Source: an uncultured virus (IMG/VR IMGVR_UViG_3300024261_000008)
Taxonomy: Duplodnaviria > Heunggongvirae > Uroviricota > Caudoviricetes
Virus record (IMG/VR): IMGVR_UViG_3300024261_000008
Location: 62,001-126,000 of that record
Reading direction: 5' to 3' (one strand)
DNA length: 64,000 bases
Under the pieces are notes generated by a model. It was not told where the DNA came from and made no database searches. It saw only the letters and a program-made list of their open reading frames with translations. The position numbers and the translations under genes are program-made. How positions within the stretch are numbered: position 1 is the stretch's first letter; every line of letters begins with the position of its first letter. Of this stretch, positions 1 through 9,148 are shown one piece after another.

Positions 1-3000
1 GACATACTTAAAGATGTTATACCAGTACTTGCTGCTCTTGCAGCTAATGCCGCTATACCTGCAATAGCACAGTTTGCAGGTGGCTTTGGAGCAAAACTAT
101 TAGGTAAAAACAAAGGAGGAGCAGTTCCTCATCATTTTGCTAGAGGAGGCTATGTTCCGGGTTCTGGAGATCGAGATACTGTACCAGCAATGTTGACTCC
201 GGGCGAGTTTGTTATACGCAAGAAAGCAGTACAAGCTATTGGAACCGATAAACTCTCAGCAATGAATGGAGGCCAAGGTGCAGCTATTGCTACACAGGCT
301 AAAAATAAGGGTGGCATGATTCAACACTTTGCTGAAGGAGGAACAGTAAGCGTTGACTATGCTAAGAAAAAACCTAGTGCATCAAAAGAAAGAGAACTTA
401 TAGGAAACAACCTTGTTCAATCTGTTAACTCTCTAGCTAGTTACTATGACCCAGAATCAAAACAATTATCCAGTAGGAAAAGTCCTAAAAATCTGCCTAA
501 TTATGCTGGTATAGTAGGAGGAATATTTGAGTCAGCAGTTGAACTTGTAGCAGGACAATCAGACAAACAAAAAAACGAAGCTGTTTGGGATTACCCATCA
601 GGGATCGGAAGTACTGATTTGTTTAATAATGTTCCGGGCCTAGGTGTTCCTACAGACGCTAAAAAAAGTGCTACGACCGCAACAGTTAGAAAGAAGCTAA
701 AAGCACACTACAGAAACGCACAAGGTACTGATCTCAATCGTAAAAAATTTGGTATTGTTGCATTCGGCAAAGGCGAAGACTACGAGTATCAATTTGATCC
801 TGAAGCAATCAAACAAGAAGTGGCTCCACAAAGAGCCGCAAAAGCACAAAAAGCAAATCGTGGTGGTTTGATTCAACATTTCCAAGATGGAGACCTTGTT
901 GTTGCTGGATCAGGTAGAGTCACACAAAAAGATATTAAGGAAGCAACTTCTGGACAATTAAATAGTGCTCTACAAAACCCTAAAGTCAATGCAAAAAGTC
1001 GTGCCGCTATTCAAAACGAACTCCAACAAAGAGAAACAGCAAACAATGCGACTAACGTAGCTGTTGTTGGTATCTTACCGTTGGGGTATTCAAAAGATTA
1101 TCCTCCACAGCCTCTTGGTGGAGAGAACGTAAAAATATCTTCTAGGGGACTACCTAAAGCTAAAGAAGAGGCTTTTCTTAATATAGCAGAAGGTCTTAGA
1201 GGAGTTGTACAGACTGCTGCTGTAGAGATTGGAGGTTCAGCAAAGCCACTTACTCCTGAACAAGAAAAATCAACTGGATTAGAAAATGTGCAAGGAACTA
1301 TTTTTGAAGCAGTTCTTTCAGCATTAGGAGCAACTGGAGGATCAATACAAAATCAATCTATGGATTACGCTAATGGACTTGGACCTGCTGCTTCCTTATA
1401 TCCGGGCATTGGTCCAGATTGGCCTACGGAAGTCAAACGTGATGTTACTGGTCCCGGTTTCACTAGAAGTAAAAAGAATATTGCTAATTTCTATAGTGCA
1501 CAAAAGTTTGCTGAAGGAGGAAAAGTTAAATCTAAAGGTGGGCTCGGAATTAAAACTACCGGAGGTAATACGATTACTTCTGTGTTTGAGGATGGACAAA
1601 GTAGTTCTGGTGAAGTTGTAGCAAAAAGTATAGGCCAGAATTTATTTGCAGTTCTGTCATCTCAAGTGTCTGGTGGTGGAGGCAGGGCCTTATATGATTC
1701 TGCTATGAAACAAGCAACGAGTCAGGGAGGTAGTTTAACTTCAGACAGAAGCAGAGTTAGTAGTTCTGCTTTAAGTAGAATTTGGACTACTTATTTTAAT
1801 AAAGGAACAAGTAAAGACGGGAAGAAAGTTTCCAAGAAGCCTGTACCAGACAACATGCTTTATACTGGTGCATTTTTTGATGAGTCTGATTATCCAAGCC
1901 CTAATCCTGCATCTTGGCAAGGTCAAGCTGTACCTTTGCAATACGCTTATAAACAATTTGCTGATGGTGGAGCAGCATCAGGAGGGGATACAGTTCCCGC
2001 CATGCTAACTCCCGGTGAATTTGTTATTAATAAAAAAGCAGCTAAATCTATAGGTTTGTCTAAGCTAAGAGAAATGAACTATGCAGATAAAATAAGAGGT
2101 TACGCTAAAGGAGGTCCAGTAGGAGGAGTCCAATATTTTGATAATGGAGATACAGTTGATCCTCTTTCTCAATCTGGAGGTGTCAACCCCTGCTGTCCAG
2201 ACGAACTTAAAGCAGCTAATACTAATGCTAAAACAGCTAAAAAAATGGAAGATGCTGCCGATTCAATGAACGAAGCAGGAGAGAAACAAGAAGAAGCAGC
2301 AGATGAAATGTCAACAGGCCAAGCAATATTCTTGGCATTTATTGGCCCAGCGATTGAACAAGGCATCAAGAAAGCGTTCCCTAATAGTCGTGTCGCCGCA
2401 GCAACTGGAGAAGGTATTCAACAAGGTGCAGCTACTTATCAAACAAGTAGTGCTTTGCTTGGAACGATAGGTAAGGTATTGGGTAAATTTCCGGGAGTCG
2501 TCGGAAAAGCAGGAAAATTAATTACCGCAAGTGCTAAAGGTATTGCTGTCGTGTTGGGAGCATTATCTTTTGGTATAGGAGCCAGATCAGGATACATCCA
2601 AAAAAGCATTGAACTTTTATCACAAGAGATTGAAACTGGAGCAAAAGACACAGCAAAAGCAATAAAGAATTTTAATGATTTACTATTAGACCCAAATATT
2701 AGCACAGAAACACTTGGTAAAAGCCTTGGTGAGTTATCTAACAAAATTAATGATTTAAATACAGTCAGAGGTGAAAAAGCCGCAGTAGAGATTCAGCAGT
2801 TACAACCTTATCTTCCATATTTCGAAAGTAATGACGACAAACAATTTAGACAAGCTAGCGAAAGAAATATTGAACGAGAAGCGTTTGAAACTGGTGCTCA
2901 AGATGCTCTTACAAGCCTTGAGGCTGCATTACAAAACGGTAAAAAACTTGGCGACATTTTTGATAATATGTCAAAGAAAGAAGCACAAGGTCTCAAAAAA

Positions 3001-6000
3001 GCGATTGCTTTTCAAGACAAGGCTATTAGAGAGCAGATAAAGGCATTAGAGAAACAAAGAGATGCAACAGAAGAAGGAACCCCAGAAAGAGAGGCACTTA
3101 ATGAACAAATCGCTGTGGCTATTGATACCGGATATGTAGAGAATGCACAAAGATTAAAAATTATAGCACAATTAAAAGAAGCAGAAAGAGCAGTAGAAGA
3201 AAATAGAAGAAGGTTGGTAAATTCTTCTACTAGTTTGGAAAAATATGTAGAGGCCTTTGGTACTGCAATAGCAATAGCAGGAAATAACTTTCAAGTGGCA
3301 TCTTTAGAAGCTAAATCTTTTGCTGATGGTTTTGCAGGTGTAGATTTACAGAATTTATTTGCAGCACAAATTACTACTCTAGAAAATCCCAGAGCATTTA
3401 ATGACGCAGAAAATGCGATCTCTCTTGATCCGTTAAAAGGAGTACTTGGAGATAATGCAAAAGTCTTTGCCGCATTGGTTCAACTTCCTAATCGTTTAGA
3501 AGACGCTATTAATAGTGCTGCTGCCGGTGCAGCTGGCCAAGATTCCGAAAATGTTGGCAGAGCAATATCTGCTGCTATTAGCGGCAACCTAGGAGAGTTT
3601 GAAGGAACTGCACTAGGAGATGCATTAGTCGGTTCGCTAACAGAACAGATTGAAAAAGCATCCAAAGGTGGTAAAGGAACAGCAGACACAACGGCTATTA
3701 TTGATTCTTCCACAGATATTGTAAGAAAAACATCTGAAAACTTTACTAAAGCTGCTGTAGAAGCACTCAAACTTATCCGAGAAGCAGGTGTCCAAGTAGC
3801 AAGTTTTGCACAAGTAGCAGAAACATCTTTTAAGAAATTTAATAGAGGGTTACTGTTAGCTGCTCAAGGAACAACACGTTTAAACCAAGACATTGACAGA
3901 TTAGTAAGTGGAAGAAACGACCCTAGAAGTATTAGCGACATAAATGCAAGAACTACAGGGGCTGCTAGAAGTGAAGTGTCTGGAGTTGCACAATTCATAC
4001 AACAGAATGCTGATGCTCAAAAACAACTCATAGACTTACAAAGTAGGTCGTTGCAAGCACAAATGGAAGGAGCCCAATCATTTAATCAGAATGTCACAGA
4101 GATAGGGAGGGTCAAAGCAGAGATTATCGGATTAAGACAACAAACTGAAAATCTTAGAACGGCCCTAACTGATAAACTCGGAGAATTAAAGAATGAACTT
4201 AGCAATAGACTTAGTGAACTTAAAGAACAATCAGCAGCATCTAGAAGTTTAATAGACAGCGTATTTTCAGATGAGCAAGGTGCGAATGAGAGTTTTGATG
4301 CGGCAATGAGATTGGCAAATGGAGACGCATCAGGAATCAGCAGTGGGCCAGAAGCACTAAAGGTGTTGAAAGAGATTTCAAGACTACAGCAAGCAGGTCT
4401 GATTCCTGATGATCCTAAAGTTATAGAAAACGCATACAAAAGGGCTGCTAAAGCAGCAGGTATTCAGTTCTCTCCAGAAGGACTAAAGGTATTTAAACAA
4501 GCCTTCGCTAATCCAGAGGATGACAGTGAAGTTAAAGCATATGTTAAAGAACTACGGGCAACAAATGCTGAAATCAATCAATTAACTAATGTATTGAATT
4601 TGCAAGAACTTCAAAATTCTAATGATGCATTAATTGCAAGTCAAACAGCTTTAACAAAAGTTATGTCTGATCTTCCAGAGACTATAAATACTATAGCAGA
4701 AAAAATACAAGCATCTGGTTTAAAAGCCCCTATAGAAGTTTTAGAAGCTGGCAATATCAAAGTAAGTAAAGCTGACAGAGTGGACATCAGAGATACTTTA
4801 GGTGCTTCCCAAGCCCTTCCTACTACAAAGGCTGTAGGAGGAATAATATATCGTTCAACAGGAGGAGAGGGGCCTGCCTCTTCAGTGTCCACTGGTCCCG
4901 GTTCTAATATTAATTGGGCTCCCAGAGGCTCAGACACTGTACCAGCAATGCTTACTCCCGGCGAATATGTTGTAAACGCACAGGCTACCAAAGCCAATAG
5001 GGGTTTATTAGAAAATATAAATAGTGGTAAAGGCAAAAAAGTTCAGCCGATATATAGGGCATCTGGTGGCCCAACCGACACAAGTGAGAGGGGCTGGATA
5101 GACTACTTTGACGAGCAAACGCAATCGGGTAGAGGATTCCTTGAATCAATTTATTCCTTCGGAGGCGTAACAAAAGTATGGCCCGATATAGCTACAAAAC
5201 TCGGTGGTTTAGGAGACACTTTGGGCAGTTGGTACGGAAGTGCAAAGGATACGGTCAATTCAGGGTTGGCTTCTCAGTTTACTAAATTTGGAAACTATAA
5301 AGGTCAGATATTACCAAAATATATTATAGAGGCTATCAAGACTGGTACTATTACCGAAACTAAGGGATTAGCATCAGTTCCTAAGAAAGCATGGTCAAAT
5401 TTAATACCTCGCATTATTAATAATGTTGGCAACACAAAACTTGCACAAGACCTAACCAAATGGGGCGGTTCCAAGTGGGCAAAAGCTAGTCCAACGCTAA
5501 ACACCGCAGTGCAAGCAGAGAAGTATGCAGACGACATAGCACCTAGTGTGTTTAAAAAAACCTTCCCAAAAATAATGAAAAGTCAGTTTGCAAAGGGGAC
5601 GTTTAAGAACTTACCTATAGCAGAGTGGGCAGTAAGCGGTTTATTAGCTAGCAGAAACCGTTGGAGTGAATTGGAGAGAAAAGGTGGAAGTACGAATCAA
5701 ATGGTCATGTCTAGCCTTGCTGAATTTTTAGCAGGAGGCACTGCTGGTGCACCTACGGATTCGTCGGGCTATTCTGGTATTGCTAGTGCTGGAATTGATA
5801 ATGCAAGTAGACTATTTAGTAATATTTATGCTGGTTTTCAAAGAGGAGGACCGCAGGGTGCGGTTGCAGCAGGTTTGGTAACTGTTGGGGCAATGGGTAT
5901 AAGATTGGCTGAAGAAACTAGAGGTTGGAGACTCGATGCCATTCAAGAAATGGGTTCATTCCAAGACTTGAGAGCTAATGAAAAAGCAGGAGCAAAAAGT

Positions 6001-9000
6001 GCAAAGCAACAGGAAAGAGACAGAATAAAAGACTTTAAAGAAGCTGGCGTTAAGGACTTGGAGTACTTAGATTCTCAAATAGATATTCTGGGGTTGACAC
6101 AATTCAAAAGAGCACAAAGATACGGCGGGTTTCAGGCAGATAAAGATTTTTACGGTTCAGATAATAATCCATATCTTGATATGGATATTGACACAGAAGC
6201 CGTTAAATCTAGAGAATATAATGAATGGGTTCAACAATATTGGAACGGCAAAGTTAACTCCTCTGCATTCATGAGCAACAAAGGTGAGATGAGATTGATA
6301 GAATTTGATCCAGCACTCATACCAGAGATACAAAAAGCTAGTTTCAGAAGTGGGAACGTATTCGAGAATAGGTATTCAGACGATACGATACAGAAGGCTT
6401 ATAACAAAGTTGCTTCTCAAGAAAACAAAAAAAAGACAGTAGAATTAAAGAGTCTCGGCGGCAAGGCTGTGGGAGTATATCCCAATGCAGAAGCATACGA
6501 TGGTTCCTACCCTAAATCATTGGATTCATTAACTCAGAGTATTGATGACAGAAGTGAAAGTATTTATCAAAACACTCAAGGAGTGAAACAACCTGATGGC
6601 ACTAGGGACGAAACTCAAACTGGTTTTAACAACATTTACAGTAAAGACACTGTGTTAAGAGACATAGATGATGAACTTGCTACAAAGATGTTAGCTTCTA
6701 ATACATTTTTTAATAGAATACCAAGAGACTTAACTACAAATGACAAGCAGGCATTCGAAGATAGCAAAAGGTATACACAAGATGTTACTGAGATAGCTAA
6801 AAGATATACCGCTAGAGAAGAAGAGTTGAAGCAGATAGCAAGAGAGGAAAGAGACGCACAAGCAAAAGCAGAAGCAGATAGAGCCAAGGAGAAGGTAGAT
6901 GCAAATGCTGCTACTCAAACTAAAATTAGTAATATATCGGCATTTGCAACTAGTGGCAAAGAAGGTCTGAAAGATTTAGGATATAAAGAATTTTATCCTT
7001 ACATAGATAAGAGTAGTGAGATTAATAAACTTCAGGCAGATAGTATTAAGATGCGTGGGAAACTTAACGCACAGGCAGCAGGTCCAACACTTAATCTTGG
7101 TCAATATGTAGATTTCGAATATGGTAAATTAGGGAAAGATGCAAACACTCTTTTAAAGAGTCAAGAAGCTATACAGATACCAACAGATGTTGCGGCAGCT
7201 GTTGCAGAGTACAGAAAGAACTACGTACAAAGCAGTCCTTTATATGAAAAGGGAATCAAAAGATTTGCTGACTCTATAACTGAATGGGAGTTTAATCAAG
7301 AAGAGCCAAATATAGCTGCTGCAATCAGAAGAAGCATTTTTACTGGACAGCAAATCAATCCCGGTGTTATAGCGTCATTGACAGCAAATAATGAAGCATC
7401 TGATCCCGACTTAGCTGTACAAATGGGATACGATGGCGACATAGACACCGCTGTCCAGCAGTTTACTAAAGATAGAGAACAAGCAAATGTAGGCAAAGTC
7501 AGACCTGTAGGCGGGACAGTTTACGAACAAGACAAAGTAGGAGCAGAGGCATACTTAGCTAAATTAAAAGATGCAAAAAACGCTGTGAAAAATAGGAACT
7601 ACGAGGCCCAACTCGCCAAGCTAGACCCTGACCAAAGAATGGAGTCTACGTTAGTACAGCTACTTGCTGAAGAAACACCTATACTTAATGGATACTTAAA
7701 AGGTATTAATTTTTATAGAGATGGTAATGTAGACAAACTGGGAGGAGGCGAACCACCTAATGCAGGATGGACTCAAGGTTTTGCAGACATGGCTGGGGCT
7801 GTTGAGGGACGAAGTGACGTTCTGTTAAAGGCTGGCCAATCTGAACCACTCAGCGAAGGCAAACTGGATTATGGTAAAACATGGAAGTACTACGCGAGAC
7901 TAATGAATGATGCTCAAAACCTTAGTGCCGATGCTACACCTGAACAAATAAAGGCTAGAGAAGGAAACATACAACAAGAGAGAGCAGTAGCAGACGCACA
8001 ACAAGCAACAAACAATAAAAGATATGATGCTGCTGTTAGGTTTGGTAAAGCGTTAGCTGGCACCCGTGTTCCTACAGATTCGCCAGTGGCTTGGGTAAAG
8101 TACCGTCAAGCACAACTGGAAAAGTTTAGAGTAAATGTTGCACAGGCTACAAATACAGAGCCAGACTATCCTGAAGCAAAAGATATTCCTGCTCTTAACG
8201 AGTCAGGTGTTACAAAAAACTGGGTAAATAGCATATTTAATTCAAAAGGTGAAGATTCAGTGGTTTCACAAAGAGGAGCGAAAGAACTCCTAAGATGGAA
8301 AGCTAAACAAAAAGGTGAGAATGCAGAAGCACTCCTTGGTCTTGCTAACGAAATAGACGGCAACGTAGGCTTTAATGATATTTACCCTTTTGATCGAGTA
8401 AACGACACAGAATTAGAAGCCGCTACAGACCTACAAGGTATTCAAGCTATAACTGGTAGATTCAACAAATTTGTGTTAACCAGAAAAAATCTAGCGTTGC
8501 CTCTATTAGAAAGAAATTTAGAAAATCTTTACAAAGGAGGCTTATGGACTCCAGAAAGAGGACTAGAAGAGAACTTAGGAGCATTGAATGCCTTAGACCC
8601 AAGACTAGACCAATCGGGTATAAGTAAAAAGATACAAAAATTTGGACCAAAAACTCAATATTATTCAGATGGTGGGTCGGTATTTACGCCCAGAGGTACG
8701 GATACAGTTCCTGCTATGTTAACACCGGGAGAATACGTTGTTAATAGAAAGGCCGCTGCCCAAAACAGACCTTTATTAGAAGCTATAAACGGAAAACAAA
8801 GCAGAGCAAAAAATAGTCCATATTACCATGATGGTGGAGATGTAACAGGAAATGGTGTAAATAATGTTGTAGTAGACACACAAGAAATTAGCAAGTTTGT
8901 TACCTCGTTTGACAGATTTGCTAAAGAATTGGCCTCATTAAATGTTCCTGAACAAATTACAATTCAGGGAACACACACTGTTGAAGTTAATGTAAATGGT

Positions 9001-9138
9001 GGACAAGTTCTTAATGACCTATTAAATGGACCAATCGGTGATTTGGTAAGAACAGAAATTGCAAGTGCATTTGAACAACAGAATCAAGACTCAGAAGGAA
9101 CCATACCTAACCCATTCAATCCAGCAACAAATCCATAG
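1..9138 (+). CDS. Tape-measure-like giant virion protein, 5'-truncated by the window, with repeated modules and cargo domains
   Basis: Frame 1 is open from base 1 (DILKDVIPVLAALAAN...HFARGGYVPGSGDRDTVPAMLTPGEFV), so the ATG at 190 is internal. Contains long Ala/Gln/Glu/Lys-rich helical stretches, hydrophobic segments, and FAxGG...GE[FY]V motifs typical of tape-measure C-terminal regions. Lies upstream of tail genes. Confidence 0.8.
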   Translation, partial: DILKDVIPVLAALAANAAIPAIAQFAGGFGAKLLGKNKGGAVPHHFARGGYVPGSGDRDTVPAMLTPGEFVIRKKAVQAIGTDKLSAMNGGQGAAIATQAKNKGGMIQHFAEGGTVSVDYAKKKPSASKERELIGNNLVQSVNSLASYYDPESKQLSSRKSPKNLPNYAGIVGGIFESAVELVAGQSDKQKNEAVWDYPSGIGSTDLFNNVPGLGVPTDAKKSATTATVRKKLKAHYRNAQGTDLNRKKFGIVAFGKGEDYEYQFDPEAIKQEVAPQRAAKAQKANRGGLIQHFQDGDLVVAGSGRVTQKDIKEATSGQLNSALQNPKVNAKSRAAIQNELQQRETANNATNVAVVGILPLGYSKDYPPQPLGGENVKISSRGLPKAKEEAFLNIAEGLRGVVQTAAVEIGGSAKPLTPEQEKSTGLENVQGTIFEAVLSALGATGGSIQNQSMDYANGLGPAASLYPGIGPDWPTEVKRDVTGPGFTRSKKNIANFYSAQKFAEGGKVKSKGGLGIKTTGGNTITSVFEDGQSSSGEVVAKSIGQNLFAVLSSQVSGGGGRALYDSAMKQATSQGGSLTSDRSRVSSSALSRIWTTYFNKGTSKDGKKVSKKPVPDNMLYTGAFFDESDYPSPNPASWQGQAVPLQYAYKQFADGGAASGGDTVPAMLTPGEFVINKKAAKSIGLSKLREMNYADKIRGYAKGGPVGGVQYFDNGDTVDPLSQSGGVNPCCPDELKAANTNAKTAKKMEDAADSMNEAGEKQEEAADEMSTGQAIFLAFIGPAIEQGIKKAFPNSRVAAATGEGIQQGAATYQTSSALLGTIGKVLGKFPGVVGKAGKLITASAKGIAVVLGALSFGIGARSGYIQKSIELLSQEIETGAKDTAKAIKNFNDLLLDPNISTETLGKSLGELSNKINDLNTVRGEKAAVEIQQLQPYLPYFESNDDKQFRQASERNIEREAFETGAQDALTSLEAALQNGKKLGDIFDNMSKKEAQGLKKAIAFQDKAIREQIKALEKQRDATEEGTPEREALNEQIAVAIDTGYVENAQRLKIIAQLKEAERAVEENRRRLVNSSTSLEKYVEAFGTAIAIAGNNFQVASLEAKSFADGFAGVDLQNLFAAQITTLENPRAFNDAENAISLDPLKGVLGDNAKVFAALVQLPNRLEDAINSAAAGAAGQDSENVGRAISAAISGNLGEFEGTALGDALVGSLTEQIEKASKGGKGTADTTAIIDSSTDIVRKTSENFTKAAVEALKLIREAGVQVASFAQVAETSFKKFNRGLLLAAQGTTRLNQDIDRLVSGRNDPRSISDINARTTGAARSEVSGVAQFIQQNADAQKQLIDLQSRSLQAQMEGAQSFNQNVTEIGRVKAEIIGLRQQTENLRTALTDKLGELKNELSNRLSELKEQSAASRSLIDSVFSDEQGANESFDAAMRLANGDASGISSGPEALKVLKEISRLQQAGLIPDDPKVIENAYKRAAKAAGIQFSPEGLKVFKQAFANPEDDSEVKAYVKELRATNAEINQLTNVLNLQELQNSNDALIASQTALTKVMSDLPETINTIAEKIQASGLKAPIEVLEAGNIKVSKADRVDIRDTLGASQALPTTKAVGGIIYRSTGGEGPASSVSTGPGSNINWAPRGSDTVPAMLTPGEYVVNAQATKANRGLLENINSGKGKKVQPIYRASGGPTDTSERGWIDYFDEQTQSGRGFLESIYSFGGVTKVWPDIATKLGGLGDTLGSWYGSAKDTVNSGLASQFTKFGNYKGQILPKYIIEAIKTGTITETKGLASVPKKAWSNLIPRIINNVGNTKLAQDLTKWGGSKWAKASPTLNTAVQAEKYADDIAPSVFKKTFPKIMKSQFAKGTFKNLPIAEWAVSGLLASRNRWSELERKGGSTNQMVMSSLAEFLAGGTAGAPTDSSGYSGIASAGIDNASRLFSNIYAGFQRGGPQGAVAAGLVTVGAMGIRLAEETRGWRLDAIQEMGSFQDLRANEKAGAKSAKQQERDRIKDFKEAGVKDLEYLDSQIDILGLTQFKRAQRYGGFQADKDFYGSDNNPYLDMDIDTEAVKSREYNEWVQQYWNGKVNSSAFMSNKGEMRLIEFDPALIPEIQKASFRSGNVFENRYSDDTIQKAYNKVASQENKKKTVELKSLGGKAVGVYPNAEAYDGSYPKSLDSLTQSIDDRSESIYQNTQGVKQPDGTRDETQTGFNNIYSKDTVLRDIDDELATKMLASNTFFNRIPRDLTTNDKQAFEDSKRYTQDVTEIAKRYTAREEELKQIAREERDAQAKAEADRAKEKVDANAATQTKISNISAFATSGKEGLKDLGYKEFYPYIDKSSEINKLQADSIKMRGKLNAQAAGPTLNLGQYVDFEYGKLGKDANTLLKSQEAIQIPTDVAAAVAEYRKNYVQSSPLYEKGIKRFADSITEWEFNQEEPNIAAAIRRSIFTGQQINPGVIASLTANNEASDPDLAVQMGYDGDIDTAVQQFTKDREQANVGKVRPVGGTVYEQDKVGAEAYLAKLKDAKNAVKNRNYEAQLAKLDPDQRMESTLVQLLAEETPILNGYLKGINFYRDGNVDKLGGGEPPNAGWTQGFADMAGAVEGRSDVLLKAGQSEPLSEGKLDYGKTWKYYARLMNDAQNLSADATPEQIKAREGNIQQERAVADAQQATNNKRYDAAVRFGKALAGTRVPTDSPVAWVKYRQAQLEKFRVNVAQATNTEPDYPEAKDIPALNESGVTKNWVNSIFNSKGEDSVVSQRGAKELLRWKAKQKGENAEALLGLANEIDGNVGFNDIYPFDRVNDTELEAATDLQGIQAITGRFNKFVLTRKNLALPLLERNLENLYKGGLWTPERGLEENLGALNALDPRLDQSGISKKIQKFGPKTQYYSDGGSVFTPRGTDTVPAMLTPGEYVVNRKAAAQNRPLLEAINGKQSRAKNSPYYHDGGDVTGNGVNNVVVDTQEISKFVTSFDRFAKELASLNVPEQITIQGTHTVEVNVNGGQVLNDLLNGPIGDLVRTEIASAFEQQNQDSEGTIPNPFNPATNP
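175..8739 (+). repeat. Four dispersed copies of a DTVPAMLTPGE[FY]V protein module (starting at 175, 1987, 4933 and 8701)
   Basis: Read directly; the amino acids are near-identical but the codons have diverged synonymously. Confidence 0.95.
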
Positions 9139-9148
9139 GAGCCTTAAC

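Noticed and set aside
190..192. ORF-track start of the giant protein
   Set aside because: The frame is open from base 1 and this Met lies inside the DTVPAMLTPGE motif.
9059..9148. ORF-track N-terminal extension of the fibre gene
   Set aside because: It overlaps the previous gene; the ATG at 9149 has an AGGAG RBS.
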